Counted from the first letter of the stretch, positions 8,278-18,633 are shown. The stretch: 64,000 nucleotides of DNA from Deltaproteobacteria bacterium (GCA_052390235.1 JBQTHB010000006.1:32001-96000); one strand, 5' to 3'. The notes: generated by a model not told the origin, from the sequence alone. Numbers and translations are program-made.

Positions 8278-10002
8278 ATGTCAGAGCACAGAACCCAATC
8301 CGGCAAACCAAAACACAATGACTTGCAATACGCAGTCAGCCTCCCCCGCAAGCGTCCTTTCGATGTGAAATGGTACGAGAAGGAAGACAGAACCAAGTGG
8401 GCGCTTCCCCTGGTGCTGAGGGAGCGGGCAGAATCGCTTGGGGATAAACCCTTTCTTCAGTTCGGCTATAACCCGCCCCTGAGCTTTGCCGAGACCAACC
8501 GCCTCGCCAATAAAATCGCAAACGGACTTTCAGCCCTCGGCATCCAGAAGGGGGATAAAGTCGCGGTCTATATGCCGAACTCCTCCGATTACGTTCTCAC
8601 CTGGTTTGGGATACTGAAATTAGGCGCGGTTATGGTGCCGATAAACACGGCATATAAAATGGACTTCCTCCAGTACATAATTGACGTTTCGGACTCTAAG
8701 GCGCTCTTTATCGCCGAGGAATACCTAGACCGTATGCCCCCCATCGCCGATAAAATCCCGCAGCTCCAGAGAGTCATCGTGTGGACGAGAGGGGCAAGCG
8801 GGGAGTTTGATCCGCGGGGATTCCATTTCAACCCCATGATGGCGTTTACGGAGTTTATGAGCGGGGCGGCAGACGGCGAGCCTAGGGCCGAGGTTACGCA
8901 CCTAGACCATGCCAGGCTCATGTACACATCCGGCACAACCGGACGCTCGAAAGGGGTAGTGCGCCCCTGTCAGGCGGATTTCCAGAGCGCGAGGAACTAC
9001 GCCGAGGTCATGGACGTGCATCCAGAGGATGTGTGCTTCACGTGCCTGCCGCTTTTTCACTCAAACGCCATGGTGCTGAGCGTCTATCCCGCGCTGATAA
9101 TGGGCGCGATGGCAGTGGTGGAGGAGAAATACAGCTCGACCAATTTCTGGAAATGGATGGTTGACTACAAGGTTACGAAATTCAACATCGTAGGCACCAT
9201 GTCTTACTTCATGTGGAACACCCCAGCCGTGCCGCAGGAGAGGGCGCACGGCGTGAAACTCGTTCTCGGCTCGCCCGCCCCGCACGACATTATCGAGGAG
9301 TTTATGGATAGATTCAATATTAAATTCATGGAGGGCTACGGGCTAACGGAAATCGGGCAGGTTACTTATATGCGCCCCGGAGAGCCGTTTAGAGCCGGTT
9401 CGTGCGGCAAGGAAGCCCCCGGCTACGAGATTAAGGTCTCAGACCCGGAAACGGACGAAGAGAGAGCGCGCGGGGAGATAGGCGAGATAATTGTGCGCCC
9501 CCGGATTCCAAATATTATGCTTCACTATTATCACAAAATGCCGGAGAAAACCGTGAGCGATTTTAGAAATTTCTGGTTTCACACGGGCGACGCCGGGCGC
9601 ATGGATGAAGATGGATACATCTACTTCGTTGACCGCGTGAAGGACTACATCCGGCGCAGAGGCGAGAACATTAGCTCCTTCGAGGTAGAGAGAATCATAA
9701 GCGCTCATCCCTCGGTTTCGGAATCAGCGGCTGTGGGGGTAAAAGCCGAATCCGGCAGATACGCCGAGGACGAGGTCATGATAGTTGTCATTAAAAAGCC
9801 GGGGATGGACCTATCGCCTGAGGAGTTACTTCAGTTCATCGAACCTCAGATGCCCCATTTCATGCTTCCCAGGTTCATCCGATTTGTAATGACGCTGCCC
9901 AAAACGGGAACTGAGCGCGTGCAAAAGAACAAACTCCGCGAGGCGGGAATCACCGAGGACACTTGGGACAGAGAGAAATCAGGGTATAAGATAAAACGTT
10001 AG
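8278..10002 (+). CDS. Acyl-CoA synthetase / AMP-binding enzyme (CaiC-like)
   Basis: MYTSGTTGRSKG, EGYGLTE, WFHTGD, DRVKDYIRRRGENISSFEVE, LPKTGTERVQK; RBS AGAGGAG before ATG 8278. Confidence 0.9.
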   Translation: MSEHRTQSGKPKHNDLQYAVSLPRKRPFDVKWYEKEDRTKWALPLVLRERAESLGDKPFLQFGYNPPLSFAETNRLANKIANGLSALGIQKGDKVAVYMPNSSDYVLTWFGILKLGAVMVPINTAYKMDFLQYIIDVSDSKALFIAEEYLDRMPPIADKIPQLQRVIVWTRGASGEFDPRGFHFNPMMAFTEFMSGAADGEPRAEVTHLDHARLMYTSGTTGRSKGVVRPCQADFQSARNYAEVMDVHPEDVCFTCLPLFHSNAMVLSVYPALIMGAMAVVEEKYSSTNFWKWMVDYKVTKFNIVGTMSYFMWNTPAVPQERAHGVKLVLGSPAPHDIIEEFMDRFNIKFMEGYGLTEIGQVTYMRPGEPFRAGSCGKEAPGYEIKVSDPETDEERARGEIGEIIVRPRIPNIMLHYYHKMPEKTVSDFRNFWFHTGDAGRMDEDGYIYFVDRVKDYIRRRGENISSFEVERIISAHPSVSESAAVGVKAESGRYAEDEVMIVVIKKPGMDLSPEELLQFIEPQMPHFMLPRFIRFVMTLPKTGTERVQKNKLREAGITEDTWDREKSGYKIKR

Positions 10003-10021
10003 GGGTTGGAAATAAATCCAC

Positions 10022-11443
10022 ATGACCACAGAAGAGCTCGCCAAAGAAGCCGAGCTATTTATAGATTCTATTCCCCAGCTTAAGACGCTCGAAGGGAAGG
10101 CGCTTGTGGATTTCTCGAATCTGCTCGCGTTCGACGTCGGCACAATCTGCCAAATCTGCTCCCATACAGAGGATAATTTCGGCGCGGAAGAAGAGGCGGC
10201 TTCGGTGTTTTTCTATCTTGCCGCCGCCGCCCACTACTCGCCCGGGTGGACCCGCGATATTGCCATAAACCACTTTCGCGGATGGAAAACCACAGACCCA
10301 ACAACTAAAGAGAACCTGCGAAAGACCCTAAAAACCCTATTCGAGCAAACCAAAAGCTACGGGCTGAACAAACTATTCACCATAGACCAGGCGAGAGCGG
10401 CAAAAAACGACTCCCTCTTTGACAGCCTCGCCGCCGCCCTCTACAGAGCCGCTCAGGTCGTAACCAAAGCCGACGGTGCGGTATCCGCCAAGGAGGAAGA
10501 GGCGCTGAGGAAAATCTATAAATTAATCTATAACGCCGCGCCCCCTAATACCTCTGCGAGCCTCCCCTTCTCATTCTCATCTGCCTCCGGCGGCACTTCT
10601 CCTTCGCGCAGGGCTGAGACGACGGACGAGGTCATGGCCGACCTTAACGCCCTCATCGGACTTGGGGAAATTAAAGAGCAAGTTGCAAGCCTCGCAAACC
10701 TGCTGAAGGTACAAAACAAGCGCGCCGAGCGAGGGATGTCGAAAGTTCCCGTCTCGCTCCATTCCGTGTTCTATGGCCCTCCGGGAACAGGAAAAACCAC
10801 CGTAGCCCGCCTGCTCGGGAAGATTTACAGCAGCCTTGGGCTTCTCGCGCGGGGGCATATAGTCGAAACCGACAGGGCAGGCATGGTGGCAGGGTACATC
10901 GGGCAGACCTCGCTCAAGGTTGACGAAGTCGTCTCCTCAGCCCTCGACGGGGTACTTTTCATTGACGAAGCCTATGCCCTCAGGAAGGAGCATATCTCAA
11001 ATGACTTCGGGGAGGAGGCGATAGAGGTTCTCCTCAAGCGTATGGAGGACTACAGGGGCAGGCTAGTGGTGATAGTGGCAGGGTACACGGACGAGATGCA
11101 GGGATTTATTGACTCAAATCCGGGACTGAAGTCGAGATTCAACCGCTATTTTTTCTTCGACCACTATAAACCCGAAGCCCTCCTGCAGATATTCGAGAAA
11201 TTCTGCCGCGACGGACACTTCCGCCTAAGCTCAGAGGCGAGGGAAAGGCTCTTGGGGATGTTCGAGGCTCTATACGCCAAGAGGACTAAATCCTTCGGCA
11301 ACGCGAGGCTCGCGCGAAATGTCTTTGAGAAAACCATCGAGAGGCAGGCAAATAGAATCGTGAGCGTCGCGTTTCTCACCGATGAGATACTCTCAACCAT
11401 CGCCGAGGGAGACATCCCTGAGCCGGAGGGGTTCGGGGTCTGA
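10022..11443 (+). CDS. CbbX/SpoVK/EccA-family AAA+ ATPase with TerB-like N-terminal domain
   Basis: FYGPPGTGKTTVAR, AGYIGQT, LFIDEAY, VIVAGY, SNPGLKSRF, FGNARLARN; N-terminal VTKADGAVSAKEEEAL. Confidence 0.85.
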   Translation: MTTEELAKEAELFIDSIPQLKTLEGKALVDFSNLLAFDVGTICQICSHTEDNFGAEEEAASVFFYLAAAAHYSPGWTRDIAINHFRGWKTTDPTTKENLRKTLKTLFEQTKSYGLNKLFTIDQARAAKNDSLFDSLAAALYRAAQVVTKADGAVSAKEEEALRKIYKLIYNAAPPNTSASLPFSFSSASGGTSPSRRAETTDEVMADLNALIGLGEIKEQVASLANLLKVQNKRAERGMSKVPVSLHSVFYGPPGTGKTTVARLLGKIYSSLGLLARGHIVETDRAGMVAGYIGQTSLKVDEVVSSALDGVLFIDEAYALRKEHISNDFGEEAIEVLLKRMEDYRGRLVVIVAGYTDEMQGFIDSNPGLKSRFNRYFFFDHYKPEALLQIFEKFCRDGHFRLSSEARERLLGMFEALYAKRTKSFGNARLARNVFEKTIERQANRIVSVAFLTDEILSTIAEGDIPEPEGFGV

Positions 11444-11551
11444 TGGATATTCTCAAGGGGAAATCCCCTCCTCCGCGCTTGAATATGAAATATTTTACGG
11501 TTTAATTATCCCCGACAAATTCCCCCGCAGTTAGGAGGCATCGCCAGAGCT

Positions 11552-12073
11552 ATGGAGCAACTCAAGAGGCACATCAGGGCAGTACCGGATTTCCCCAAGA
11601 AGGGGATACTGTTTCGGGACATCACCCCGCTTCTCCAGCATCGGGAGGCGTTCCGAGAGACAATAGACGCAATGTACGATATTGCCGCCGCAATGGGCGT
11701 TGACTGCGTCGTCGGAATCGAGTCGAGGGGTTTCATTCTCGCATCCGCCCTCGCCTATAGGCTCGGAGTGGGCCTTGCCATCGTGAGAAAACCGGGGAAA
11801 CTGCCGCATGAGAAAATTAGCGCCTCCTACGCCCTTGAATACGGGACGGACTCGCTTGAAGCTCACACGGACGCGGTCTCTAGGGGGGCGAGGGCGCTCA
11901 TTGTAGATGACCTGCTCGCAACGGGCGGCACTGCGGCGGCGGCTGGAAGCCTCATAAAGAGGCTGGGCGGCGATGTCGCGGGATACCTGTTCCTCATCGA
12001 ACTCCAAGGGCTAGCCGGACGGGAGCGTTTAGCGCCATCTTCCGTGAGGGCTTTAATGGAATTTCCGGCTTAA
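11552..12073 (+). CDS. apt: Adenine phosphoribosyltransferase
   Basis: PDFPKKGILFRDITPLL, GIESRGF, RKPGKLP, YALEYG, IVDDLLATGGT. Confidence 0.97.
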   Translation: MEQLKRHIRAVPDFPKKGILFRDITPLLQHREAFRETIDAMYDIAAAMGVDCVVGIESRGFILASALAYRLGVGLAIVRKPGKLPHEKISASYALEYGTDSLEAHTDAVSRGARALIVDDLLATGGTAAAAGSLIKRLGGDVAGYLFLIELQGLAGRERLAPSSVRALMEFPA

Positions 12074-12086
12074 AAGGTTTGCGAAC

Positions 12087-13178
12087 ATGGAAAAAATAGC
12101 GGTCAATTTAGGCGATAAATCCTATGAAATCCTAGTTGGCAGGGGACTTCTCTCAGAAATTCCCTCAGACCTGAAGCGCGGCAACCTCGCCCACGCCTAC
12201 GCCGTCATTACGGATTCCAACATCGCCCGGCTCTACGGAGAGGGTTTGGCGGAGGGGATGAAAACCGAGGGACTCCGCGCTCGCCTCATCTCGTTTCCCG
12301 CCGGAGAAGAGCATAAAACGAGAAAGACAAAAGCCATTATCGAAGATGAGATGCTCGCCTTTAAAATGGCTAGAGACTCCTGCGTCGTCGCCCTCGGAGG
12401 AGGCGTAGCGGGGGACATTGCCGGATTCGTCGCCGCGACCTTCGGCAGGGGGATTCCCTATGTTCAAGCTCCGACTACGCTCCTAGCTGCGGTTGACAGC
12501 TCCATAGGGGGCAAGACCGGAGTGGACACCCATCACGGCAAGAATTTAATCGGGGCGTTCCACCAGCCGTGGCGCGTCTATATTGACGTGGAAACGCTGC
12601 GAACCCTCCCTGAGAGGGAAATCCGCGAGGGACTCGCCGAGACAATCAAATACGGCGTCATAAGCGACGGGGATTTATTCGATTTTCTCGACGAGGGAGG
12701 CGTGGAGCGCGTCTTTGCCCTCGATGCCGATGCCCTCATCTATATCATTAAGAGGGGATGCGAAATCAAGGGCGGAGTCGTCGAGCAGGACGAGCGAGAG
12801 GCGAATCTGAGGAAAATTCTCAATTTCGGACACACAGTGGGACACGCCGTCGAGAACCTCTCCGGTTATACGATTTCTCACGGCAGGGCGATTTCCATAG
12901 GAATGGCGGCGGAAGGGAGAATCGCCGCGGAGATGGGTTTTTGGAGCGGAGGGCATCTCGAAAGGCTCATCGCTCTGCTCAAGAAAGCGGGACTGCCGAC
13001 AGATTTCCCAACCGAAATACCGGTTAAAAGAGTTATCGAAGCGATGAAGCTCGACAAAAAAGCGCGGGGCGGCAAAATCGAGATGACCATGCCTAAAAAA
13101 CTCGGAGCGATGGCCGATGTGGGCGGGAGTTTCGGCATCAAGGTTGACGACGCGGCGATAGAGCGAACCTTAGTATAG
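12087..13178 (+). CDS. aroB: 3-dehydroquinate synthase
   Basis: ALGGGVAGDIAGF, PTTLLAAVDSSIGGKTG, KNLIGAFHQP, LNFGHTVGHAVE, DKK. Confidence 0.97.
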   Translation: MEKIAVNLGDKSYEILVGRGLLSEIPSDLKRGNLAHAYAVITDSNIARLYGEGLAEGMKTEGLRARLISFPAGEEHKTRKTKAIIEDEMLAFKMARDSCVVALGGGVAGDIAGFVAATFGRGIPYVQAPTTLLAAVDSSIGGKTGVDTHHGKNLIGAFHQPWRVYIDVETLRTLPEREIREGLAETIKYGVISDGDLFDFLDEGGVERVFALDADALIYIIKRGCEIKGGVVEQDEREANLRKILNFGHTVGHAVENLSGYTISHGRAISIGMAAEGRIAAEMGFWSGGHLERLIALLKKAGLPTDFPTEIPVKRVIEAMKLDKKARGGKIEMTMPKKLGAMADVGGSFGIKVDDAAIERTLV

Positions 13179-13194
13179 AGGCATCCCCCCGCTT

Positions 13195-13806
13195 ATGACC
13201 ACTTCCCCTATGATACTTGATGCAAGCGACTATCGTCTGCCGCTCGATATGGGAGAGGTTTTCCGAAGACCGGGGCAGTGCGCTCTCGAGATAGGATTCG
13301 GCGAGGGGGATTTTCTCATAGAAATGGGTCTCGCCCTGCCGGACTGGAACTTCATCGGGATTGAAATCAAACGCTACAGGTTTAAGAAAGCCGTCAAAAA
13401 AGCCGAGCGAGAGGGGGCGCAGAACCTCAGGTTGCTCCTAATGGACGCAGAGGTCGCCGTAGCCGATGTTTTTCGGGACGAGACCTTTGACAGAGTCTAT
13501 ATCAATTTTCCAGACCCTTGGCCCAAGGAGCGGCACAAAAAGCACAGAATCGTGAGCGGGGACTTTCTTCGCGCTCTCTCGAATGTCATGAAGCCCGAAG
13601 GAGCGCTAGAGGTCGCAAGCGACTTCAGAGAATACGTTTTTGAAATCATCGAAGCCGCGCAAGAAACGGGGCTTTTCAGGAGCGAATTCCCTCATCCGGG
13701 CTACGTAAATGAAATTCCCGCGAGACCGGCGACTAAATTCGAGGCGGAGTTCAGGACGGAAGGCAGGAAGATTTACTATCTCAGATTCGGCAAATCCGCC
13801 CGCTAG
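13195..13806 (+). CDS. trmB: tRNA (guanine-N7)-methyltransferase
   Basis: LEIGFGEG, INFPDPWPKERHKKHR, TKFE. Confidence 0.95.
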   Translation: MTTSPMILDASDYRLPLDMGEVFRRPGQCALEIGFGEGDFLIEMGLALPDWNFIGIEIKRYRFKKAVKKAEREGAQNLRLLLMDAEVAVADVFRDETFDRVYINFPDPWPKERHKKHRIVSGDFLRALSNVMKPEGALEVASDFREYVFEIIEAAQETGLFRSEFPHPGYVNEIPARPATKFEAEFRTEGRKIYYLRFGKSAR

Positions 13807-13874
13807 ATAGGATATTTACTATTTCGGCGCGCGGCTCCATCCGGTATAATTAACCCCGCCTAAGGAGAAACGAT

Positions 13875-14153
13875 ATGATGAATCTAACAACGCTCGCCGC
13901 GGCTCTCATCGCCGCATCAGCCCTCGCCACAGGATGCGCCGCAGGCACGGGAGGAGCGGGATACGGGTTTTTACTGATATTCATCCTCGCCCCGCTTGCC
14001 GGGATTGGACTCATGCTCCTGAAAAGAGCAGACACCCTAGCCGACTCGCTCTATACCATCGAAGGGCAGATTAAGCGGCTTGCGGGCAGACTCGATTCCA
14101 TTGAAGAGAAAATTAAGAGGCTCGAAGAGAATAAAAAAGCGGATATTAATTAG
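13875..14153 (+). CDS. Small hypothetical lipoprotein/membrane protein with coiled-coil tail
   Basis: RBS AAGGAG; lipobox-like LATGC; second hydrophobic helix; heptad-rich C-terminus. Confidence 0.6.
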   Translation: MMNLTTLAAALIAASALATGCAAGTGGAGYGFLLIFILAPLAGIGLMLLKRADTLADSLYTIEGQIKRLAGRLDSIEEKIKRLEENKKADIN

Positions 14154-14260
14154 GATTGCGCCAGCGCCGCAGCTACATCAACCACGCATGGAACCTCGCC
14201 ATCAGATGGGTCCCCCCTCCCCTCTCCCGCGCTATGATTCAAACCCCAGTATTCTCTGCC

Positions 14261-14815
14261 TCACTCGCCTGCCGCGTCTTTTATAATCTGCTCTTGGTAC
14301 TTAAGAGGCACAGAGCCTAGGTCGTCAGTAACGTGGACGACTCCGTTATCATCCACCCACTTGAAATATTTGCCGAGTCTGGCCGCCTGCCCAGAGCCGC
14401 CGAGGGCAGATGATTGCTCGTAATATTCTTCGGACGCGCCCGTGGTGTCTTCCACCGGTTCGTAGGGGGTCTCATCAACGGCAAATTCCTCGGCGGGGGC
14501 GGGGTCTGTCTTCTCGCGAGGCTTGTTCACCTCGGCATTGGTCTTGCGCTCGGCGTTGCGGCTCAGGGTACTGCGTTTTTTATTGTCCGCAAGCCCGTTG
14601 CTTCCGAGCGTGGACATCTCGAAGTTATCTAAATCCTTTCGAGGTAGCACGAGCCCGTTGTTGTCAATCACGGGAGCGTCGGGGGTTTTGACCTCCGCCT
14701 TCTCAGTGGTTTGATTTGTGGACGGGGGGGACTGTTGCTCTGCGGCGTCCTGGGCTAGAGCCGGAATCGAAATCAGCATTGACGCCGAAATTATAATTGC
14801 TCCTAAAAGTTTCAT
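14261..14815 (-). CDS. Secreted protein with C-terminal DUF4124-like domain
   Basis: Signal peptide ...PALA|QD; YFKWVDDNGVVHVTDDLGSVP; RBS AGGAGG. Confidence 0.75.
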   Translation of the reverse strand: MKLLGAIIISASMLISIPALAQDAAEQQSPPSTNQTTEKAEVKTPDAPVIDNNGLVLPRKDLDNFEMSTLGSNGLADNKKRSTLSRNAERKTNAEVNKPREKTDPAPAEEFAVDETPYEPVEDTTGASEEYYEQSSALGGSGQAARLGKYFKWVDDNGVVHVTDDLGSVPLKYQEQIIKDAAGE

Positions 14816-14966
14816 CTGAAGCCTCCTCCTTGGAGGGAGAAATTTTATTGATAATAATACAACTTGGAGCGGAAATTCTCAATTAAACGAATTTTCAGAT
14901 GACCCGTTGATGAGCGCTGAAGCCCCGATTATACTCACCTCCCAATATGCGGGAGGAGACGAGACG

Positions 14967-15245
14967 ATGGATTTAGCGGATATTGTAGGCTGGGCGGCGT
15001 TTCTCATCACGGTAACTTACACCTGCGTGGGACTGCCGATACAGGTGCGCAAAAATTACCTGACGAAATCCACCTCGGGACTATCGCTGTTCATGATGGG
15101 GGCACTGTTTTTGACCTTCTCGGTTTGGATAGTTTATGGGAGCGTGAAATCCCCAAGGGATTGGTTCATCATCGCCTCAAACATCCCCGGAGCGATTTGG
15201 GCGTTTGTGATGCTCTGCCAATTCAGAATATACGGGAGAAAGTAG
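14967..15245 (+). CDS. SemiSWEET / PQ-loop family small transporter
   Basis: GLPIQVRKNYLTKSTSGLS, WIVYG, IIASNIPG; 3 TM; RBS GGAGG before ATG 14967. Confidence 0.8.
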   Translation: MDLADIVGWAAFLITVTYTCVGLPIQVRKNYLTKSTSGLSLFMMGALFLTFSVWIVYGSVKSPRDWFIIASNIPGAIWAFVMLCQFRIYGRK

Positions 15246-15318
15246 CGCCCGAAAACACCACTGTGCGCGGAGACGGGGGATACTGCCCAGTAGAGACTGT
15301 TTCCCTCGCGGTCAGCTT

Positions 15319-16119
15319 TTATACAATCTCAAGCCTCTCCATATCGCTTCGGGAGAGCCTCCAGCCCGACCCCCCGACGTTCTCCTCCGTGCGCAGAATC
15401 CCGTTCGATTTTGGTATAGCCACGACGTTGGTATGCGCGATACACCAATTGAGGGCGACCTGAGCCGGGGTTTTGCCGACTTCCGCTGCAATCCTCTCAA
15501 GGGCAAGGGCGCCGGACATGGGCAGGGAGCAGGATTTTTTCAGGATACCTCCGCCGTCGAGCGGCGTATAGGCGATAATCGTTATCCCACGCTCTTCGCA
15601 GTAGGGGGCGAGACTGCGCTCGATGCCTCGGCTACTGAGGTTGTAGAGGACCTGATTCGAGACTATGGCGTAATTGCGCATATAACTCTCTGCGAGCCGA
15701 AGAGTGTCGAGGTCAAAATTGCTCACGCCGATGTATTTTATAAGCCCCGCATCGGCAAGCCGCTCCATCGCCCGCATCGTGCCTTTAAGCGGGAATTCGG
15801 GGTTGAACCAGTGAACCTGATAGAGGTCTATCCGGTCAATTCCGAGGCGTTTGACACTCCCCTCGCACGCCCGAATCACGTCGTCATAGCCCAGATGCCT
15901 GCCCGATACTTTCGTTGCCACGAATACTCTATCGCGGATGCCTGCTATCGCCTCGCCGACGACCCCCTCTGTGCCATAGCCCTCGGCCGTGTCAATGAGA
16001 GATGCTCCGAGTTCAATGCCGCGCCGAAGAGGCTCTACGCCGCCCCGATAGTTCCATGTGCCAAGACCGATTTCAGGGATAAAAACGCCGGTATTCCCAA
16101 GCCGCTTTAAATTGACCAA
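15319..16119 (-). CDS. Aldo/keto reductase
   Basis: IGLGTW, IDTAEGYG, ATKV, IDLYQVHW, IGVSNF, AQVALNW, AIPKS; likely TTG start 16119 after GAGGT (ORF track gives 16155). Confidence 0.93.
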   Translation of the reverse strand: MVNLKRLGNTGVFIPEIGLGTWNYRGGVEPLRRGIELGASLIDTAEGYGTEGVVGEAIAGIRDRVFVATKVSGRHLGYDDVIRACEGSVKRLGIDRIDLYQVHWFNPEFPLKGTMRAMERLADAGLIKYIGVSNFDLDTLRLAESYMRNYAIVSNQVLYNLSSRGIERSLAPYCEERGITIIAYTPLDGGGILKKSCSLPMSGALALERIAAEVGKTPAQVALNWCIAHTNVVAIPKSNGILRTEENVGGSGWRLSRSDMERLEIV

Positions 16120-16141
16120 CCCATACCTCAATTCGCTTTGT

Positions 16142-17342
16142 TCAACTCGGAGCAAACTTTTTTATCTCTCGATGCAGTTGATGCCAAGCTTTTAGGTGTT
16201 CTCTTTTAACTCCACTTGCACTGGTATATTCAGACTGAAGCCACTTGGTATATTCATCAAGTATTCTTTGAGGATTATCAATCAGGCGTGTGTAATATTT
16301 TAGGGAAGGTATAACCCCATTGACGATAATCTGACAGCGATGATGTTTCCTAAATTTGCCTATCGCTTCTTGAACTGATAGATAATCTCCAAAATTCGGT
16401 TCGGCTGTTGTCAGAATATAATAACGGTCAATATCGGTGTTTTTGATTTTACGATAGGCGACATCAATCATATCGGCGGTTATCGGCTTTTTATGTTTTA
16501 TCTCAATAGATTCAAAAAGAGAGCCGTCTTGTTTCAATATGTCAATATCCCCGTATGACTTTGAACGAGAATCGGGGCTGGTGTGAGATTTCAAAGGGGC
16601 AAGAATTTTCCCGGAATATCTCTTAACATCGGAAATGAGGAAGTTATACACAGAGTAAACGGCTAAAACCGGAAGACGAGCTGTTCCGACAACCCCGGCG
16701 CCGTAGTTGTATGAGATATGACGGCTGATGCTTTCTATTATTTCGGCAATTGATATTGCGTCTGTGGTTTGAATTGTGTTAAGGATCGCCTCATCTCTCA
16801 CTACGGTTTCATAAATAAGCCCGATAAATACGACAACTATCTTAGGAGCAAGACCGGCTTCATTTTGTAAGCGGTCTAGTGTTAGGAGCAAGACCGGCTT
16901 CATTTTGTAAGCGGTCTAGTGTATTGAGAAAAGCGGTCTTTAAAGTCCTGTTTCTTATCCTGCCGGGGAAATCATGATCAAATGGGTGGGGTTGCTCCAA
17001 AGAGCGGGTCAACCATGCGCTCTCAGCCATGGCAAGATGCGGAAATCTATCCTTCAGAAATGGCGTAATATATTTAGTATCGAATGTTCTACCCGAATAG
17101 CCACTCGGCATACCTTCCTGATGCCTGCGAATATCCTGTTCGGGGTTATATATTTTATAAACAACAGAGGTCAGTGTAACCCCTAATACGGCTTTTTGAT
17201 TTTCGGCGTGTTGCAGAATTATTTTCAAGTCCCGAATACAGTCTTCGGATAATTCGGACAATAGGGGTTGAAGGGGTTTACTTTTTACCTGCTCATAAGC
17301 AGATTCCATTATTTCAGTAGGGCTTATAGGGGTTAGAGTCAT
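16142..17342 (-). pseudogene. Type II restriction endonuclease (PD-(D/E)XK), frameshifted by 40-bp tandem duplication
   Basis: ORFs 16860-17342 and 16142-16903 share TLDRLQNEAGLAP; removing one repeat copy gives a 1161-nt ORF; GDIDILK...ESIEIKHKK; downstream of an MTase. Confidence 0.8.
16842..16921. repeat. Exact 40-bp tandem duplication
   Basis: TTAGGAGCAAGACCGGCTTCATTTTGTAAGCGGTCTAGTG twice (16842-16881, 16882-16921). Confidence 0.97.
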
Positions 17343-18352
17343 CGCGCTCCCATAGGGACAACTGACACTTTACATTAGCCAAACGTTTTTGAGCATATAA
17401 GCAATATTCTTCGCTTATATCAAAGCCGATATAAGCTCTCTCACTCTGAAAGGCAGATACCGCAGTAGTGCCTGAACCGACAAACGGGTCAAGGACAATG
17501 TCGCCTTTTTGAGTAAGCAAATTAATAAACTCATCTACGATTTTCATCGGGTAAATGGCAGGATGAGGGCAATTCTTCAGGGATTCAACTGGAGCGGTAA
17601 TAACGTCTTTTTTCAACGGGTTGCCATGAATACGGATAATAGTAAACCCGTTTCGCTCCAACTGGATTTTTCGACCGCCGTCCTGTCCGCCAAATGGCTC
17701 GGAGTGAATACCTCTTATTTTCATACGAAATCCCTGAATACCTCCGCTTTTGACCTCTTCAATGACTTGTTCTAGCGCTTTCTTTGCCGTTTCTCTCTGA
17801 GTTGGCGTCAGTTCAGATAGCTCAATAAGCGAAAAGTATTTTTTACCTACATTTTCGCCAGTTCTATTGTAATTTTGAATAGGTTTTTCCTCTTTTATGG
17901 GCTTATAAAAGTCATCGAGGAAATACTTGTAGCTTTGAGATTTCACAAAATGAAAAAAGGGCTCTGTACCACTAACGAGTCTTCGGTTAAATTGCCTCGG
18001 CGTGGGATTGGATTTTACCCATGTTACAGAATTAACAAGGGTTACTCCGCACTGCTCGGTAGCGGCTACGGCGAACCTAACCAGTCGGCTTTACAATTCG
18101 GACACATTCCCGAAAAATCTTCATCAGCGCAGAGATATAATCTTCCAGCTTCTTTTCATTTCCAATACCGCCGCCGTTGTACTCGCGTTGCTGAAAATAG
18201 GGAGGGGAGGTAATAACCAAATCCACAGTATCGGATGGAATTTGCTTGATTAACTCCGCGCAATCACCGCATAAAATTTCATTCCAAAATGGCATTCCTA
18301 CAGGGCGATGAACGAAATACGCATCTAATCTTTGGCTGATTAGTTTACTCAT
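17314..18352 (-). pseudogene. Beta-class N4-cytosine DNA methyltransferase, frameshifted (probable internal deletion)
   Basis: N-part ITSPPY ends VKPTG-TAG at 18077; another frame resumes at 18078 (RFAVAATE...WVKSNPTP) and continues to HPAIYP...LDPFVGSGTT. Confidence 0.85.
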
Positions 18353-18593
18353 GGGATATACCCCTAATCAATTCACTTGAGATTGTACCGACTATAAGTT
18401 TACATTTTTGCCTCATTCAAATCAAAACCAGTTATAGATTGAAGATTTTGGAGCAACTCTGATTCACGACTATAAAATTCAGATATTCAGCAGATTTCGG
18501 CTGAATGTATGGGATTTATTTATTATTGTGACAATTAATTACTACTCTAGGATTAAGGAAATTAAAAATTGCAGGAGGCAGATGAGTAATCCC

Positions 18594-18633
18594 CACCCCG
18601 CGGGAGACGGCGCATTGTGCCGCCTCCGGGGTG
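18594..18633 (-). terminator. Hairpin downstream of sucB
   Basis: CACCCCG...GGCGCA / TGTGCC...CGGGGTG imperfect inverted repeat. Confidence 0.4.

Noticed and set aside
15433..16110. 225-aa plus-strand ORF
   Set aside because: Antisense shadow of the aldo/keto reductase
16842..16921. 40-bp repeats as a CRISPR array
   Set aside because: Two directly abutting copies, no spacer, inside a coding region, no cas genes
18077..18079. TAG in the MTase as pyrrolysine or readthrough
   Set aside because: Homology continues in a different frame, so readthrough would not restore the protein
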